Shown here one piece after another: positions 49,101 to 59,531 of a stretch of 64,000 nt of DNA. Below the pieces are notes generated by a model that saw only the letters and a program-made list of their open reading frames with translations, ran no database searches and was not told the origin of the DNA. A program made the translations under genes and the position numbers. Source of the stretch: Candidatus Coatesbacteria bacterium (GTDB lineage: Bacteria > JAFGND01); NCBI GenBank assembly GCA_016927185.1, contig JAFGND010000025.1:15889-79888 (forward strand). The letters are read 5' to 3'. Within the stretch, counting starts at the first letter, position 1; every line of letters begins with the position of its first letter.

Positions 49101-50354
49101 AAGCACTGGATGATCCTCTATTATTTCTTCCAGCAGATCCCAGACTTCCCCTTCATCTTTTTCAGCCATCTTTTTGGCAGACCTGAAAGTATTGGCAATA
49201 TCCTTTTCTTTGAGTTTCTTCATTATGAAAGGTTTGAAAAGCTCTTTTGCCATTGTCTTGGGTAATCCGCATTCACCTATTGAAAGCTCAGGTCCCACAA
49301 CAATTACTGCACGTCCTGAATAATCTACTCTTTTACCAAGAAGATTTAGCCTGAATCTTCCTCGCTTTCCCTTGAGCATATCAGAAAGGCTTTTTAAAGG
49401 TCTTCCGGCACTTCCCAGAATAGGTTTAGAACGTCTTGAATTGTCAAGAAGTGCATCCACTGCTTCCTGTAGCATTCGCTTTTCGTTTCTCAGAATTACT
49501 TCAGGAGCCCGGAGCTTTAATAATTTCTTCAGTCTGTTATTCCTGTTTATTACTCTTCTATATAAATCATTAAGATCTGAAGTTGCGAATCTTCCACCTT
49601 CCAGTGGAACAAGAGGTCTTAATTCTGGAGGGAGTACTGGTAAAACCTCAAGAATCATCCAGTCAAGCTTGTTCTTTCTGCTTGCCCTGAAATCTTCAAT
49701 TATCTCGAGCCTCTTTAAAAGATTAGTCTTTTTCAGCTTGCTTTTCTCTTTTGCGAGAGAATCTCTCAAGGAATCTGCAAGGTCATCCAGATTGATATTT
49801 CTCAATGCATCTCTTAAAGCTTCTGCACCCATTCTGATATCATAACTGCCATTTGGAAATTTTTCCTGGAGTTCTCTGTATTGTTCTTCGTTTATTATAT
49901 CATTAGTTTTGTAATCTGTTTCGCTTGGATCTATTACAATGTAACTCTCATAATAAACTACTCTTTCTATCTCCGAGCTAGTTCTATTCAGAACATGCCC
50001 TATTCTGCATGGAATTGCCTTGAAAAACCAAATATGTGCGACAGGAACAGCCAGGGTTATATGTCCAAGTCTGTCACGTCTTACCTTTGATAGAGTCACT
50101 TCGACTCCACATTTTTCACAAACAACTCCCTTATAGCGTATTCTCTTGTATTTCCCGCAATTGCATTCATAGTCTTTTATTGGTCCGAAGATTTTTTCGC
50201 AAAACAAACCACCAGCTTCAGGTTTGAAAGTCCTGTAATTTATGGTTTCAGGTTTTACTACTTCGCCATATGACCACTGGCGTATTCTGTCAGATGAAGC
50301 CAGCCCTATTCTTATTGCCTCAAAATCCAGTTTTCTTGAAGTTGCCTTTTTCAC
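46173..50354 (-). CDS. rpoC: DNA-directed RNA polymerase beta' subunit
   Basis: Zn-finger '[23 protein letters not shown]', '[14 protein letters not shown]' catalytic loop. 1393 aa. Confidence 0.95.
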   Translation of the reverse strand: MKKATSRKLDFEAIRIGLASSDRIRQWSYGEVVKPETINYRTFKPEAGGLFCEKIFGPIKDYECNCGKYKRIRYKGVVCEKCGVEVTLSKVRRDRLGHITLAVPVAHIWFFKAIPCRIGHVLNRTSSEIERVVYYESYIVIDPSETDYKTNDIINEEQYRELQEKFPNGSYDIRMGAEALRDALRNINLDDLADSLRDSLAKEKSKLKKTNLLKRLEIIEDFRASRKNKLDWMILEVLPVLPPELRPLVPLEGGRFATSDLNDLYRRVINRNNRLKKLLKLRAPEVILRNEKRMLQEAVDALLDNSRRSKPILGSAGRPLKSLSDMLKGKRGRFRLNLLGKRVDYSGRAVIVVGPELSIGECGLPKTMAKELFKPFIMKKLKEKDIANTFRSAKKMAEKDEGEVWDLLEEIIEDHPVLLNRAPTLHRLSVQAFQPRLIEGNAIKIPPMVCEAFNADFDGDQMAIHVPLSVESQLECRLLCLSSYNLLSPANGTPIARPRQDMVLGLYYMTKEKNGVPGEGMIFNSKDEVIRAFDSGKIDLHARIKVKNVNKIKEDTMKNPEDLHNPAKWNDYTTVGRILFNSIVPDDFGYYDVSSRRNHASLFGQSGLRKLVGEVFRYLPADKRGAFLDSLKDLGFTYATWGGLTIGIDDLEVPGEKEKIIQKTEKEVNKVWKMYNSREITDRERYNIIVDLWTRATIDVSDAMLSKMRDSNQGFNPVYMMLDSGARGSQDQIKQLAGMRGLMAKPQKKMTGGVGEIIETPIKSNLKEGLSVLEYFIGSHGARKGLADTALKTADAGYLTRRLVDVAQDVIITEEDCGTIKGIEIEAIKEGEDVIESLAERIAGRYSLEDIYHSITDELLVEAGQEITEEIAQSIEDANIQIVKIRSVLTCDSKKGLCKICYGKDLAIGRIVDIGEAVGVVAAQSIGEPGTQLTLRTFHIGGTAGSASTESQIEVKNDGIVEFDQVESVMHKNDQTGLKERIVIGRNSLIRIRDQHKQKEIRVEYKVPYGAIIEVKDKELVEKGRILFRWDPYADYILADKEGKIEYFDMFENLTYKEDVFEGKRQIIIIESKDKSLQPQLGLLVHGEKETYRKYTIPNDAFVLVKEGQMVEPGDTLVRIPKEISKVWDITSGLPRVVELFEARRPKFPAVVSEINGKVEIGRLVRGYRKIKVIGEDGTTREYSIPQGKFVRVHDGDKVVAGEKLCEGPIDPRDILRIKGPHEVQKFLVNAVQEVYRLQGVNINDKHIAVIVRQMLRKVKIIDSGDTEFLEGNLIDRIEFEEINKKIEEEEGKPAKFEPILLGITKAALNTESFMGAASFQETTKVLTDAAIQGRIDLLQGLKENIIMGNIIPAGTGIRIYRDLDTNPLDVKAVEEELDTLESEEDPLQLRKG

Positions 50355-53300
50355 TATAAAACCTCCTTGGAATCATAGGGGGTTAAAACAGTAGCATGTT
50401 TTCCAGAAAGAACCAACTGATCCTTCTTTATAAGCTGAATATCTATTGCAAGACTCTGAAGCTCTTTCAGCAATACATTAAAGCTTTCCGGCATTCCAGG
50501 AGGATCTGGATTTTCTCCTTTCACTATTGCCTGGAAGATATGAGTTCTTCCCTCCATGTCATCTGATTTTACAGTCAGAAGTTCTTGAAGAGTGAAAGCT
50601 GCTCCGTAAGCTTCCATAGCCCAGACTTCCATTTCTCCGAAACGCTGCCCTCCAAATTGACCTTTTCCTCCCAGTGGTTGCTGGGTAACAAGTGAATAAG
50701 GACCTGTTGAACGGGCATGAACTTTGTCATCAGCAAGATGTGATAATTTCATCATATATATTATGCCAACAGAAACATTCTGCTCAATCTGCTTTCCCGT
50801 CTTGCCATCATACAAAACAAGTCTTCCTTCTTCAGGCATATCAACATCAGGATATGGTGCTATTCCATTGCCCTTATAGCGTAGATCTCTCTTGTTGCTT
50901 TTTGTTATTTCCTTCTTTATATCATCCACTGTTGCACCATTAAAAACGGGAGTTATTGCCCTGTAACCAAGGTTATGCGCAGCCCAGCCAAGAGTTGTTT
51001 CAAGAATTTGCCCAACATTCATTCTGCTTGGTACTCCTAGTGGATTCAGTATAATATCAATAGGAGTTCCATCTTCAAGGAAAGGCATATCTTCTTCAGG
51101 AACTATTATTGAAACTACTCCCTTATTTCCATGCCTTCCTGCCATTTTATCACCTATTGACAGCTGTCTTTTCTTGGCAACATAAACCTTAACAAGTTTT
51201 ACAACTCCTGGAGGAAGAGTATCCCTTCTTTGAAGCTTCTCTTCTTCTGTTCTTTGTTCCTTGTCCAGACTATCAAGAGTCTCTTTTGTTGTTGCATAGA
51301 GTCTGTAAATTCTCTCATTTGTTTCTTCATCAGCAACAATATTCCTGTCTATATCGAGTTTTTCGATTGATACGCTTTTTAAATCGTCTCTTGTGATTAT
51401 TCTTCCAGGAGGAATAATAGGAATTCTGCTATCCATATAATATACTTCATGGCTTTTTTGATTTAGCATCAATTCATGCAGTTTCTTGTTCTTGCTGAAT
51501 ATAATATTAGCTCTTATTTCTGCATACTGCTCTTGTATTTTTTCTTTTTTATCGCGGATTATTTTCTTGTTTTTTGCATCATGAACGTGTCTAGAGAAAA
51601 GCTTAACATCAACAACAACTCCACTTACTCCAGGAGGTACCCTTAGTGAAGCATCCTTCACTTCATCGCCTTTTCCCCTGAAAATTGCCCTCAACAGTTT
51701 TTCTTCGGGAGATAATTCACGTTCACCCTTGGGAGTGACTTTTCCAACAAGAATATCATCTGGCTCAACTTCTGTGCCTATATAAATTATTCCTTCTTCA
51801 TCCAGATTTTTTACTGCTTCTTCGGATACATTCGGAATTTCTCTTGTTATTTCTTCTACTCCCATCTTTGTATCGCGAACCTGTAATTCAAACTCAACTA
51901 TGTGTACACTTGTGAACGCCTCATTCTTAACCATTCTCCTTGAAATGATAATTGCATCTTCATAATTATAACCATACCAGCTCATGAAGGCAGCAAGAAC
52001 ATTCTTACCAAGAGCCAGAACCCCATGATCAGACGCAGGACCATCAGCTAATGGTGTGCCTTTCTTGACTTCATCACCTTCAATAACTACAGGTCTCTGG
52101 TTTATTGATGTATCCTGATTAGAACGCAGAAACTTCTTTAATCTGTATGTTTCTGCAAAAGAATGACCATTATCATCGATAGACTCCAGAACAATTGTAT
52201 CAGCAGTAACTTTTGTAACCACCCCGTCATGTTTTGCAATAATAAGCATTCCTGAATCTTCTGCAACTTTCTGCTCTAGACCTGTACCTACTGCTGGAGC
52301 TTCAGTCATCAATAAAGGAACAGCTTGTCTCTGCATATTTGAACCCATTAATGCCCTGTTTGCATCATCATGTTCCAGGAAGGGGATAAGAGAAGCCGCT
52401 GCTGAAACTACTTGATTACCATCTATATCTATGAAATCCACTTCATTTCTATCTACAACTGCCTGATCCCCTTTTCTTCTTACAATTATCTTCAATTCTT
52501 CAAGTTTGCCGCTTTTCAATTTTGTTCCGAAAGGAGCAATATTGAAATGTGCTTCATCTTCAGCTGAAAGATAAATAATTGCAAGAGGTTGATTTGCTTT
52601 TATTCTTTGCCCAACGCTAATAATAGGTCTTAAATTAATCGGTATTTGAAATGAAGAAGCAAGTTTTGCAATTTTGTCTGAAAATGTTCCCAGATTATAT
52701 GTTTTCAGTTTGCCAGTCTTAAGATTTTTCAATGTTATGCATTCGACACTTATCTCATGAACAGTTTTGTTAATTTTTACCTTGCTAGGTTCAGCTTCTT
52801 CATAAATGTCTATTACTTCACAATCCCATTCTGCTGTCAGCATTACATCCTTTATCTGTCCTCCAATAACCAATCTATATGGAGTTTCAATAAATCCATA
52901 CCTGTTTACTCTTGCGAATGTAGAGAGTGAAGTGATAAGGCCGACATTTGGTCCTTCAGGTGTTTCAATCGGGCATATTCTTCCATAATGAGTGAAATGG
53001 ACATCTCTTACTTCAAATCCAGCTCTTTCTCTAGTTAATCCACCAACTCCCAGGGCACTCAGTCTTCTTTTATTTGTAAGTTCTGACAACGGATTCACCT
53101 GATCCATATACTGAGATAGCTGGCTTGCTCCAAAGAATGAATTTATTGTACTGGATACTATTCTTGTATTCGTAAGATCGTATGGTGTTATCATTTCAAG
53201 GTCTTTTAGAGAAATCTTGTCCTTTATGTTTCTTACCATACGCTCAAGGGCGAGATTGAACTGTTCCTCAAGCAATTCACCTACTGATCTTACCCTCCTA

Positions 53301-54661
53301 TTAGAAAGGTGGTCTATATCATCCATCTGTTCTTTTGAATATTCAAGGTAAAGAAATTTCCTGACTACTCCTATGAAATCCTCTTTGGTAAGAGTCTGAA
53401 CTTCAAGAGGCACTCCAGAAAGAAGTTTTCTATTCAGTTTATATCTTCCTATTTCACCCAGGTCATATCTTTTGGGATTAAAAAAGAGGTGACTGAAAAG
53501 TCTTGCAGCATAATTGATATCACTAGGATATCCAGGTCGCTGCATGTTATAAATCTTGAACAATGCTTCTTCGCGAGTTTCCGTATCGTCTTTCAATAGT
53601 GTATTACAGATAAAGCGGAGAGCTATTTCCTGACCTTCATCGAAATCCTCTGGATTAACTACTTCTATTTCTTTAATATCATACTGTACAAGAAGATCAT
53701 AACTTGCTTTATTCAAGGTTTCTCCTGCCCTTATTATCTTTGGTTTGATTTCCTTTCGTCTCCTTGTAGTTTTCTTCTTCGTTGATTTTTTCCCTGTGTT
53801 TTTGGTTTCTTCAGGTATCTCTTCTTCTTCCTGCTTGAATTCCTTTTCAAGAACTATATCATCAGCGACTGCCATCTTATATAGTTGCTCATTAGAGTAT
53901 TCATCAAGTTTGATACGTTTTGTTTCAAAAAATTCCCTGAATATCTCAAGTTTTGTACTATAGCCTGCTGATTTAAGGAGCACAGTAACAGGTATCTTCC
54001 GCTTTTTATCAATATTTACATAAATTACGTCATTGATGTCGGTAGAGAACTCCAGCCAGCTTCCCCTGTATGGGATTATTTTTGCAGTATAAAGCTTCTT
54101 GCCTGATGGATGTTCCTCTTTATCGAAGAATATTCCAGGAGCTCTGTGAAGCTGATTTACTATTACTCTTTCTGCTCCATTTATGATGAATGTACCCCTG
54201 TCTGTCATCAATGGTAAATCACCGAAATATATATCACTTTCAGAAATATTGAGAACTTTTCTCTGAGAGAGAGTAGTTTCATCTTCCTCTTCAATCTCTG
54301 TTTCTCCAGGTTTCGGTTCTTCTTCCTGTTCAGGTTTGGATTCATATACTACCAGTCTCAACTTAACAGTAAGAGGTGCTGCGTATGATACACCTCTTTC
54401 CTGAGCTTCTATTTCCGAATACTTGGAAACACCAATTGAATACTGGACAAATTCAAGCGAGAAATTTTTTGCAGGGATAGTTATTGGAAAAACCTGGAGA
54501 AAAATTCTCTGTAATCCAATTCTTTTTCTTTTTGAAGGAATAATATCTTGCTGCAAGAACATCTTGTAGGAATTCAGTTGAACTTCAAGCAAATTCGGAA
54601 TCTGACATATCTTTTCGGTTTTGGAAAAATCCTTTATTGGTAGTAGAGTTTTTGAAGTCAT
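50354..54661 (-). CDS. rpoB: DNA-directed RNA polymerase beta subunit (with lineage-specific acidic and Lys-rich insertions)
   Basis: Conserved blocks throughout ('GDKMAGRHGNKGV', 'NPLGVPSRMN', 'GGQRFGEMEVWA'). 1435 aa. Confidence 0.95.
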   Translation of the reverse strand: MTSKTLLPIKDFSKTEKICQIPNLLEVQLNSYKMFLQQDIIPSKRKRIGLQRIFLQVFPITIPAKNFSLEFVQYSIGVSKYSEIEAQERGVSYAAPLTVKLRLVVYESKPEQEEEPKPGETEIEEEDETTLSQRKVLNISESDIYFGDLPLMTDRGTFIINGAERVIVNQLHRAPGIFFDKEEHPSGKKLYTAKIIPYRGSWLEFSTDINDVIYVNIDKKRKIPVTVLLKSAGYSTKLEIFREFFETKRIKLDEYSNEQLYKMAVADDIVLEKEFKQEEEEIPEETKNTGKKSTKKKTTRRRKEIKPKIIRAGETLNKASYDLLVQYDIKEIEVVNPEDFDEGQEIALRFICNTLLKDDTETREEALFKIYNMQRPGYPSDINYAARLFSHLFFNPKRYDLGEIGRYKLNRKLLSGVPLEVQTLTKEDFIGVVRKFLYLEYSKEQMDDIDHLSNRRVRSVGELLEEQFNLALERMVRNIKDKISLKDLEMITPYDLTNTRIVSSTINSFFGASQLSQYMDQVNPLSELTNKRRLSALGVGGLTRERAGFEVRDVHFTHYGRICPIETPEGPNVGLITSLSTFARVNRYGFIETPYRLVIGGQIKDVMLTAEWDCEVIDIYEEAEPSKVKINKTVHEISVECITLKNLKTGKLKTYNLGTFSDKIAKLASSFQIPINLRPIISVGQRIKANQPLAIIYLSAEDEAHFNIAPFGTKLKSGKLEELKIIVRRKGDQAVVDRNEVDFIDIDGNQVVSAAASLIPFLEHDDANRALMGSNMQRQAVPLLMTEAPAVGTGLEQKVAEDSGMLIIAKHDGVVTKVTADTIVLESIDDNGHSFAETYRLKKFLRSNQDTSINQRPVVIEGDEVKKGTPLADGPASDHGVLALGKNVLAAFMSWYGYNYEDAIIISRRMVKNEAFTSVHIVEFELQVRDTKMGVEEITREIPNVSEEAVKNLDEEGIIYIGTEVEPDDILVGKVTPKGERELSPEEKLLRAIFRGKGDEVKDASLRVPPGVSGVVVDVKLFSRHVHDAKNKKIIRDKKEKIQEQYAEIRANIIFSKNKKLHELMLNQKSHEVYYMDSRIPIIPPGRIITRDDLKSVSIEKLDIDRNIVADEETNERIYRLYATTKETLDSLDKEQRTEEEKLQRRDTLPPGVVKLVKVYVAKKRQLSIGDKMAGRHGNKGVVSIIVPEEDMPFLEDGTPIDIILNPLGVPSRMNVGQILETTLGWAAHNLGYRAITPVFNGATVDDIKKEITKSNKRDLRYKGNGIAPYPDVDMPEEGRLVLYDGKTGKQIEQNVSVGIIYMMKLSHLADDKVHARSTGPYSLVTQQPLGGKGQFGGQRFGEMEVWAMEAYGAAFTLQELLTVKSDDMEGRTHIFQAIVKGENPDPPGMPESFNVLLKELQSLAIDIQLIKKDQLVLSGKHATVLTPYDSKEVL

Positions 54662-54766
54662 GGTACCTCACTCTATTTAAATGTTAACGAACGAAATTTA
54701 ATATAAAAACCCCTTTATCCTTTTTAAGGATATCCGGGGTATATCAGTTTCTTTTTTTCTGGGAAA

Positions 54767-55144
54767 TTATTTAATTTCAACCGTTCCGCCAGCAGCCTCA
54801 ATTTTTGTTTTGATTTCGTTAGCTTCGTCCTTTGTTACGGATTCCTTGATAGGATTGGGACAATTATCAACCAGATCCTTTGCTTCTTTCAATCCCAATC
54901 CGGTAATTGCCCTGATTTCCTTGATAACTTGTATTTTATTAGCCCCAAAACCTGTAAGAACTGGTGTAAATTCAGTCTTCTCTTCTGCTGCAGATGCAGT
55001 TGGAGATGCTCCCGGAGCAGCAGCCACCATAGCTGGGGCAGCAGTAACTCCAAATTTCTCTTCAAGAGTTTTAACTAGATCAGCTAATTCAAGTACTGTC
55101 ATCTCCTCTACAAGTTTAATAATCTGTTCTGTTCTCTCTGACAT
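54767..55144 (-). CDS. rplL: 50S ribosomal protein L7/L12
   Basis: '…[17 protein letters not shown]…' Ala/Pro hinge, C-terminal 'EAKDLVDN…[27 protein letters not shown]'. Confidence 0.9.
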   Translation of the reverse strand: MSERTEQIIKLVEEMTVLELADLVKTLEEKFGVTAAPAMVAAAPGASPTASAAEEKTEFTPVLTGFGANKIQVIKEIRAITGLGLKEAKDLVDNCPNPIKESVTKDEANEIKTKIEAAGGTVEIK

Positions 55145-55171
55145 GGTTCCTCCTTATATACAAGCAACCTT

Positions 55172-55699
55172 TTAGGCTTGCTTCTGTTTACGAATTTCCT
55201 CTATTGTACTTACAAAATTACGCAATACTCCATTCAAGACAAATACTAACTTCGAAATTGGAGATTGCAATCCCGCGACAACCTGCCCAAGCAAGACTTC
55301 TTTTGAAGGCAATCCCGCAATAATATCAATTCCTTTTTCATCAAAATATGCACCATCAATAACTCCACCTTTTACAGCTGGTTTCTCCTCTTTCGAATAG
55401 AATTTCTTGAGAAGAGCACACGGAACAACAGCGTCTTGAGAAGAAATGACTATAGCTGTTGGTCCCTTTAGCAGAGGTATAAGCTGTTTATATTTTGGAT
55501 TTTCTTCAATTGCTTTTTTCAGAAGCGTATTCTTGCTGACATGAATCTTGACTGAATTTGTCTTGAATTCACGCCTCATTGCATTCACTATTTCTACATT
55601 CATTCCCTTGAAGTCAATTATCACAACTCCTTTTGCATCATTAAGGTAATCCTTGAGTGTTGATAATTCACTTTTCTTCCATGCTAGATTGCGAGGCAT
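55172..55699 (-). CDS. rplJ: 50S ribosomal protein L10
   Basis: Position between rplA and rplL, length 175 aa, L10-like sequence. Confidence 0.85.
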   Translation of the reverse strand: MPRNLAWKKSELSTLKDYLNDAKGVVIIDFKGMNVEIVNAMRREFKTNSVKIHVSKNTLLKKAIEENPKYKQLIPLLKGPTAIVISSQDAVVPCALLKKFYSKEEKPAVKGGVIDGAYFDEKGIDIIAGLPSKEVLLGQVVAGLQSPISKLVFVLNGVLRNFVSTIEEIRKQKQA

Positions 55700-55710
55700 A
55701 ATTTCTCCTT

Positions 55711-56412
55711 CTATTTGGTTGCTTCAAGTGTAGTTTGAATATCAACCGGTATCCCGGGTCCCATAGTTGTACAAATATATATTGATTTTACATATTGTCC
55801 CTTTACTGTTGCTGGTCTTGCAGCTATCACGCTTTCAATAAGGACTTTTGCATTTTCCAGTATATCTTCATCCTTGAATGAGGATTTACCTATAGGGCTG
55901 TGAATATTGCCGGTCTTATCTACCTTGTAATTCACTTTTCCTGCCTTTGCATCCTTTACAGCTTGTGATATATTCATGGTTACTGTTCCAGTTTTGGGGC
56001 TTGGCATTAAGCCTCTTGCTCCTAAATGCTTTCCCAGTTTACCTATATGTTTCATCATGTCAGGAGTAGTAACCATTACATCGAAATCTACCCAGCCTTC
56101 AGTTATTTTCTTTATGTAATCCTCGAAACCAATCATGTCAGCTCCAGCCGCCTTTGCTTCATCTTCCTTCTCACTTGATACTATTGCAAGAACTTTAACG
56201 GATTTTCCCAATCCATTTGGAAGAATTACTGAGCCTCTTACCAGCTGATCTGCATGTCTAGGATTAACCCCAAGGCGCATTGACAGCTCAACAGTTTCAT
56301 CAAAGTTGGCTGTTTTTAGTTTCTTGGCTAATTCCAGAGCTTCCTTGAGAGAGTATTTCTTGTCAGTTTCAACCTGTTTAGAAATATTATTGTATCTTTT
56401 TCCATGCTTCAT
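55711..56412 (-). CDS. rplA: 50S ribosomal protein L1
   Basis: 'KFDETVELSMRLGVNPRHADQLVRGSVILPNG' is a canonical L1. Confidence 0.9.
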   Translation of the reverse strand: MKHGKRYNNISKQVETDKKYSLKEALELAKKLKTANFDETVELSMRLGVNPRHADQLVRGSVILPNGLGKSVKVLAIVSSEKEDEAKAAGADMIGFEDYIKKITEGWVDFDVMVTTPDMMKHIGKLGKHLGARGLMPSPKTGTVTMNISQAVKDAKAGKVNYKVDKTGNIHSPIGKSSFKDEDILENAKVLIESVIAARPATVKGQYVKSIYICTTMGPGIPVDIQTTLEATK

Positions 56413-56427
56413 AATTTAATCCTTCTA

Positions 56428-56856
56428 TTAACCTTCAACTACTTCTATACCCATGCTTCTGGCAGTACCTTTTATCATTGTCATGGCACTTTCCAGATCA
56501 GTTGCATTTAAATCAGCCATTTTTTTCTGAGCTATTTCTTTTACCTGTTTGGTCGTAATCTTGGCAACTTTCTTTCTGTTAGGTTCTGCCGAGCCTTTCA
56601 CGATTGAAGCTGCCTTCTTTATCAAATCAGGTGCAGGTGGGGTTTTAGTAACAAATGAGAAGGTTTTGTCATGATATATAGTAATCACTACAGGGATCTT
56701 GAAACCTTCCATATCTTTGGTTCGCTCATTAAACTGTTTGCAGAAATCCATGATTTTTATGCCATGCTGGCCTAATGCAGGTCCAACTGGTGGAGCAGGA
56801 TTAGCCTGTCCAGCCATAACTTGAATCTTTACCTTTGCTGCTTCTCTCTTTGCCAT
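56428..56856 (-). CDS. rplK: 50S ribosomal protein L11
   Basis: '[32 protein letters not shown]' is a canonical L11. Confidence 0.9.
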   Translation of the reverse strand: MAKREAAKVKIQVMAGQANPAPPVGPALGQHGIKIMDFCKQFNERTKDMEGFKIPVVITIYHDKTFSFVTKTPPAPDLIKKAASIVKGSAEPNRKKVAKITTKQVKEIAQKKMADLNATDLESAMTMIKGTARSMGIEVVEG

Positions 56857-56866
56857 TGCTAGCTCC

Positions 56867-57526
56867 TTAAATTTGCCTTATTTGAACATAATCAAGTTCA
56901 ACAGGTGTAGGTCTTCCAAAAATATTAACAATCACCTTGACTTTTCCTTTTGACTTATTGACTTCAGCTATCTGTCCCTTGAAATCTGCAAAAGGACCAT
57001 CTATTATTTCTACTACATTACCTTCCTCGAAAGTGAAATCAGGTTTTGATTCTTTGCCTTTTTCTTCCTTTTTCCCTCTTGTCAATCCTTCAACTTCCTC
57101 TTTTGTCAGAGGAACAACTCTTCTTTTTATATCTGCAAGCTGTATTGTGGACAAGCTTTTTGCAGCTCTCTTTGTATCTTCGCCAATAAATCCTATTACT
57201 CCACTTATTCCTTTTATATAGTGCCAGGTATCAATATTCAGCTCCATCTGGACGAATACATACCCCGGATACTTTTTCTTGTTTACAGTCTGCTTTTTCC
57301 CTAGTTTGATTGTTGATATTTCAGCCTGAGGTATTATGACATTTGTTATCAAATCCTTGCATACTTTCTGTTTTATTGCAAGATCTATTAGTGACTTGAC
57401 CTTCTCTTCATTCGCTGTATATACCTGAACTGCATACCAATCGAGATTGGGATTATCAGATATTTTTATTTCCTCTTCTGCTTCGTTCTGATAATTATCT
57501 TCAGAATTGCTATAATTTTCATTCAT
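56867..57526 (-). CDS. nusG: Transcription termination/antitermination factor NusG (acidic N-terminal extension)
   Basis: '[14 protein letters not shown]' NGN domain. C-terminal KOW '[24 protein letters not shown]'. Confidence 0.85.
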   Translation of the reverse strand: MNENYSNSEDNYQNEAEEEIKISDNPNLDWYAVQVYTANEEKVKSLIDLAIKQKVCKDLITNVIIPQAEISTIKLGKKQTVNKKKYPGYVFVQMELNIDTWHYIKGISGVIGFIGEDTKRAAKSLSTIQLADIKRRVVPLTKEEVEGLTRGKKEEKGKESKPDFTFEEGNVVEIIDGPFADFKGQIAEVNKSKGKVKVIVNIFGRPTPVELDYVQIRQI

Positions 57527-57532
57527 AATAAT

Positions 57533-57763
57533 TTATCCCAGAATAAACTTTATCAAATATGTTATAGGCAAGTCAAATAGTGCGATTATGATTGCGAAAA
57601 TCAAAATCACAACCAGTGTAACTTTTGTCTTACTGATAGTCTCTTCTCTTGATGGCCAGGATACTTTCTTGAGTTCCCCATAGACATCTCTAAAATACTC
57701 TCTTGAGGTTTTTATCCAACCTTGTATCTTTTCAGCATGTCCAGCCATTTTGCCTTCTTTCAT
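57533..57763 (-). CDS. secE: Preprotein translocase subunit SecE
   Basis: 76 aa, single C-terminal TM, conserved 'EYFRDVYGELKKVSWPSREET'. Sits between tRNA-Trp and nusG. Confidence 0.75.
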   Translation of the reverse strand: MKEGKMAGHAEKIQGWIKTSREYFRDVYGELKKVSWPSREETISKTKVTLVVILIFAIIIALFDLPITYLIKFILG

Positions 57764-57769
57764 TTCAGT

Positions 57770-57843
57770 CAGGGCAGGCAGGATTTGAACCCGCGATCTC
57801 AGGATTTGGAGTCCCGCGCTTTAGCCAGCTAAGCTACTGCCCT
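57770..57843 (-). tRNA. tRNA-Trp (anticodon CCA)
   Basis: rc: AGGGCAGTAGCTTAGCTGGCTAAAGCGCGGGACTCCAAATCCTGAGATCGCGGGTTCAAATCCTGCCTGCCCTG. Cloverleaf with anticodon loop CUCCAAA. Confidence 0.85.
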
Positions 57844-57847
57844 AAAA

Positions 57848-58006
57848 CTATTTTGTCTGTTTATGTACAACGTGCTTTCTGCATTTAGGACAGTATTTTT
57901 TGTATTCTGCCTTTTCGGGATGCTTTTTCTTGTTTTTTGTATCAGTATAATTACGCATCTTGCATTCCTTGCATTCCAGCACTATTATTTCGCGTCCCTG
58001 TTTCAT
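57848..58006 (-). CDS. rpmG: 50S ribosomal protein L33 (not in ORF track)
   Basis: rc translation [52 protein letters not shown] (52 aa). CxxC…CxxC zinc-ribbon L33. Confidence 0.85.
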   Translation of the reverse strand: MKQGREIIVLECKECKMRNYTDTKNKKKHPEKAEYKKYCPKCRKHVVHKQTK

Positions 58007-58025
58007 ATTAAACTATTCTTTCCTG

Positions 58026-59225
58026 TTAATCTTCTACTGATGATATTACTCCAGCACCAACTGTCTTTCCTCCTTCACGAATGGCAAAATTCAATCCCTG
58101 TTCAAGTGCTATAGGATTTATAAGTTCAATCTTGATAGTAAGGTTGTCACCAGGCATTACGAATTTTGCTTCTTCAGGAAGATGTATGGTTCCTGTTACA
58201 TCTGTTGTTCTGAAATAGAACTGAGGACGATAGCCATCCTTGAAGCTTGAGTGGCGTCCTCCTTCTTCTCTCTTCAGAATGTAGACTTGTGCAGTAAATT
58301 TCGTATGTGGTTTAATGGAACCCGGCTTTGCAAGTACCATTCCTCTTTCTATGTCAGTTTTTTCGATTCCGCGCAGCAATAAACCTACATTATCTCCTGC
58401 TTCTGCCCTGTCAAGGATCTTATGGAACATTTCAACACCAGTTACAACTGTTCTCTTGGTTTCCCTGATACCGATGCGTTCCATTTCGTCGCCTATCTTT
58501 ACTGTACCGCGTTCTACTCTCCCGGTTGCAACTGTTCCACGACCCGGAATTGAGAAAACGTCTTCAACAGGCATTAGGAAAGGTTTGTCGATGTCACGGC
58601 TTGGTGTCGGGACATAGGTATCAACAGCTTCCATAAGCTCTACAACACTAGCGCATTTTTCACAAGTTTTTTCTCCACAACCGCAGTTCAATGCGAGTAG
58701 AGCAGATCCCTTTATTATTGGTACTTCTGAACCAGGGAATTTGTATGAGGTAAGCAGCTCTCTGAGCTCCATTTCAACAAGATCAAGAATTTCGGGATCA
58801 TCAACAAGGTCAACCTTGTTCATATAGACAACAATATAGGGAACTCCAACCTGACGAGCCAAGAGAATATGCTCTCTTGTTTGTGGCATTGGGCCATCTG
58901 CTGCAGATACAACCAATATTGCACCATCCATCTGTGCTGCACCTGTTATCATATTCTTGATATAGTCTGCATGACCTGGGCAGTCAACGTGGGCATAGTG
59001 ACGATTGTCAGTTTCGTACTCAACATGTGCAGTAGCAATAGTAATACCACGTTCGCGTTCTTCCGGAGCATTATCAATGCTATCGAAACTGCGGTACTTT
59101 GCCATTCCTTTTTTGGACAGACAAAGTGTTACTGCAGCTGTCAGCGTTGTCTTACCATGGTCAACATGCCCAATAGTTCCAACATTAACATGTGGTTTAG
59201 TTCTTTCAAATTTCTGTTTTGCCAT
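58026..59225 (-). CDS. tuf: Elongation factor Tu (with a Cys4 insertion in domain 1)
   Basis: '[13 protein letters not shown]', 'DCPGHADY', 'NKVD' GTPase motifs. 399 aa. Confidence 0.95.
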   Translation of the reverse strand: MAKQKFERTKPHVNVGTIGHVDHGKTTLTAAVTLCLSKKGMAKYRSFDSIDNAPEERERGITIATAHVEYETDNRHYAHVDCPGHADYIKNMITGAAQMDGAILVVSAADGPMPQTREHILLARQVGVPYIVVYMNKVDLVDDPEILDLVEMELRELLTSYKFPGSEVPIIKGSALLALNCGCGEKTCEKCASVVELMEAVDTYVPTPSRDIDKPFLMPVEDVFSIPGRGTVATGRVERGTVKIGDEMERIGIRETKRTVVTGVEMFHKILDRAEAGDNVGLLLRGIEKTDIERGMVLAKPGSIKPHTKFTAQVYILKREEGGRHSSFKDGYRPQFYFRTTDVTGTIHLPEEAKFVMPGDNLTIKIELINPIALEQGLNFAIREGGKTVGAGVISSVED

Positions 59226-59272
59226 TTGGCCCTCCTGCTTAGTTATAAAACTTAAGTATTTTTACTATCTTA

Positions 59273-59345
59273 AGCCCACAATCAGGATTGAACTGATGAC
59301 CTCATCCTTACCAAGGATGTGCTCTACCAACTGAGCTATGTGGGC
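59273..59345 (-). tRNA. tRNA-Thr (anticodon GGU)
   Basis: rc: GCCCACATAGCTCAGTTGGTAGAGCACATCCTTGGTAAGGATGAGGTCATCAGTTCAATCCTGATTGTGGGCT. Confidence 0.85.
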
Positions 59346-59360
59346 GTCCAAATCAAAAAA

Positions 59361-59436
59361 TGGAGCGGGAAACGGGTCTCGAACCCGCGACCCTCAGCTT
59401 GGAAGGCTGATGCTCTACCAACTGAGCTACTCCCGC
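59361..59436 (-). tRNA. tRNA-Gly (anticodon UCC), CCA encoded
   Basis: rc: GCGGGAGTAGCTCAGTTGGTAGAGCATCAGCCTTCCAAGCTGAGGGTCGCGGGTTCGAGACCCGTTTCCCGCTCCA. Confidence 0.85.
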
Positions 59437-59442
59437 GTCACC

Positions 59443-59524
59443 TGGTGAGGGGAGGGATCGAACCTCCGAAGGCGTTGCCAACAGATTTACAGTCTGCCCC
59501 CTTTGACCGCTCGGGAACCTCACC
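59443..59524 (-). tRNA. tRNA-Tyr (anticodon GUA), long variable arm
   Basis: rc: GGTGAGGTTCCCGAGCGGTCAAAGGGGGCAGACTGTAAATCTGTTGGCAACGCCTTCGGAGGTTCGATCCCTCCCCTCACCA. Confidence 0.85.
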
Positions 59525-59531
59525 ATAATAA

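Noticed and set aside
45291-50227. Numerous plus-strand ORFs inside rpsG, rpsL and rpoC (for example 45291-45683, 46216-47114, 49372-49845)
   Set aside because: They are antisense to highly conserved ribosomal and RNAP genes, and have no homology or coding-like composition.
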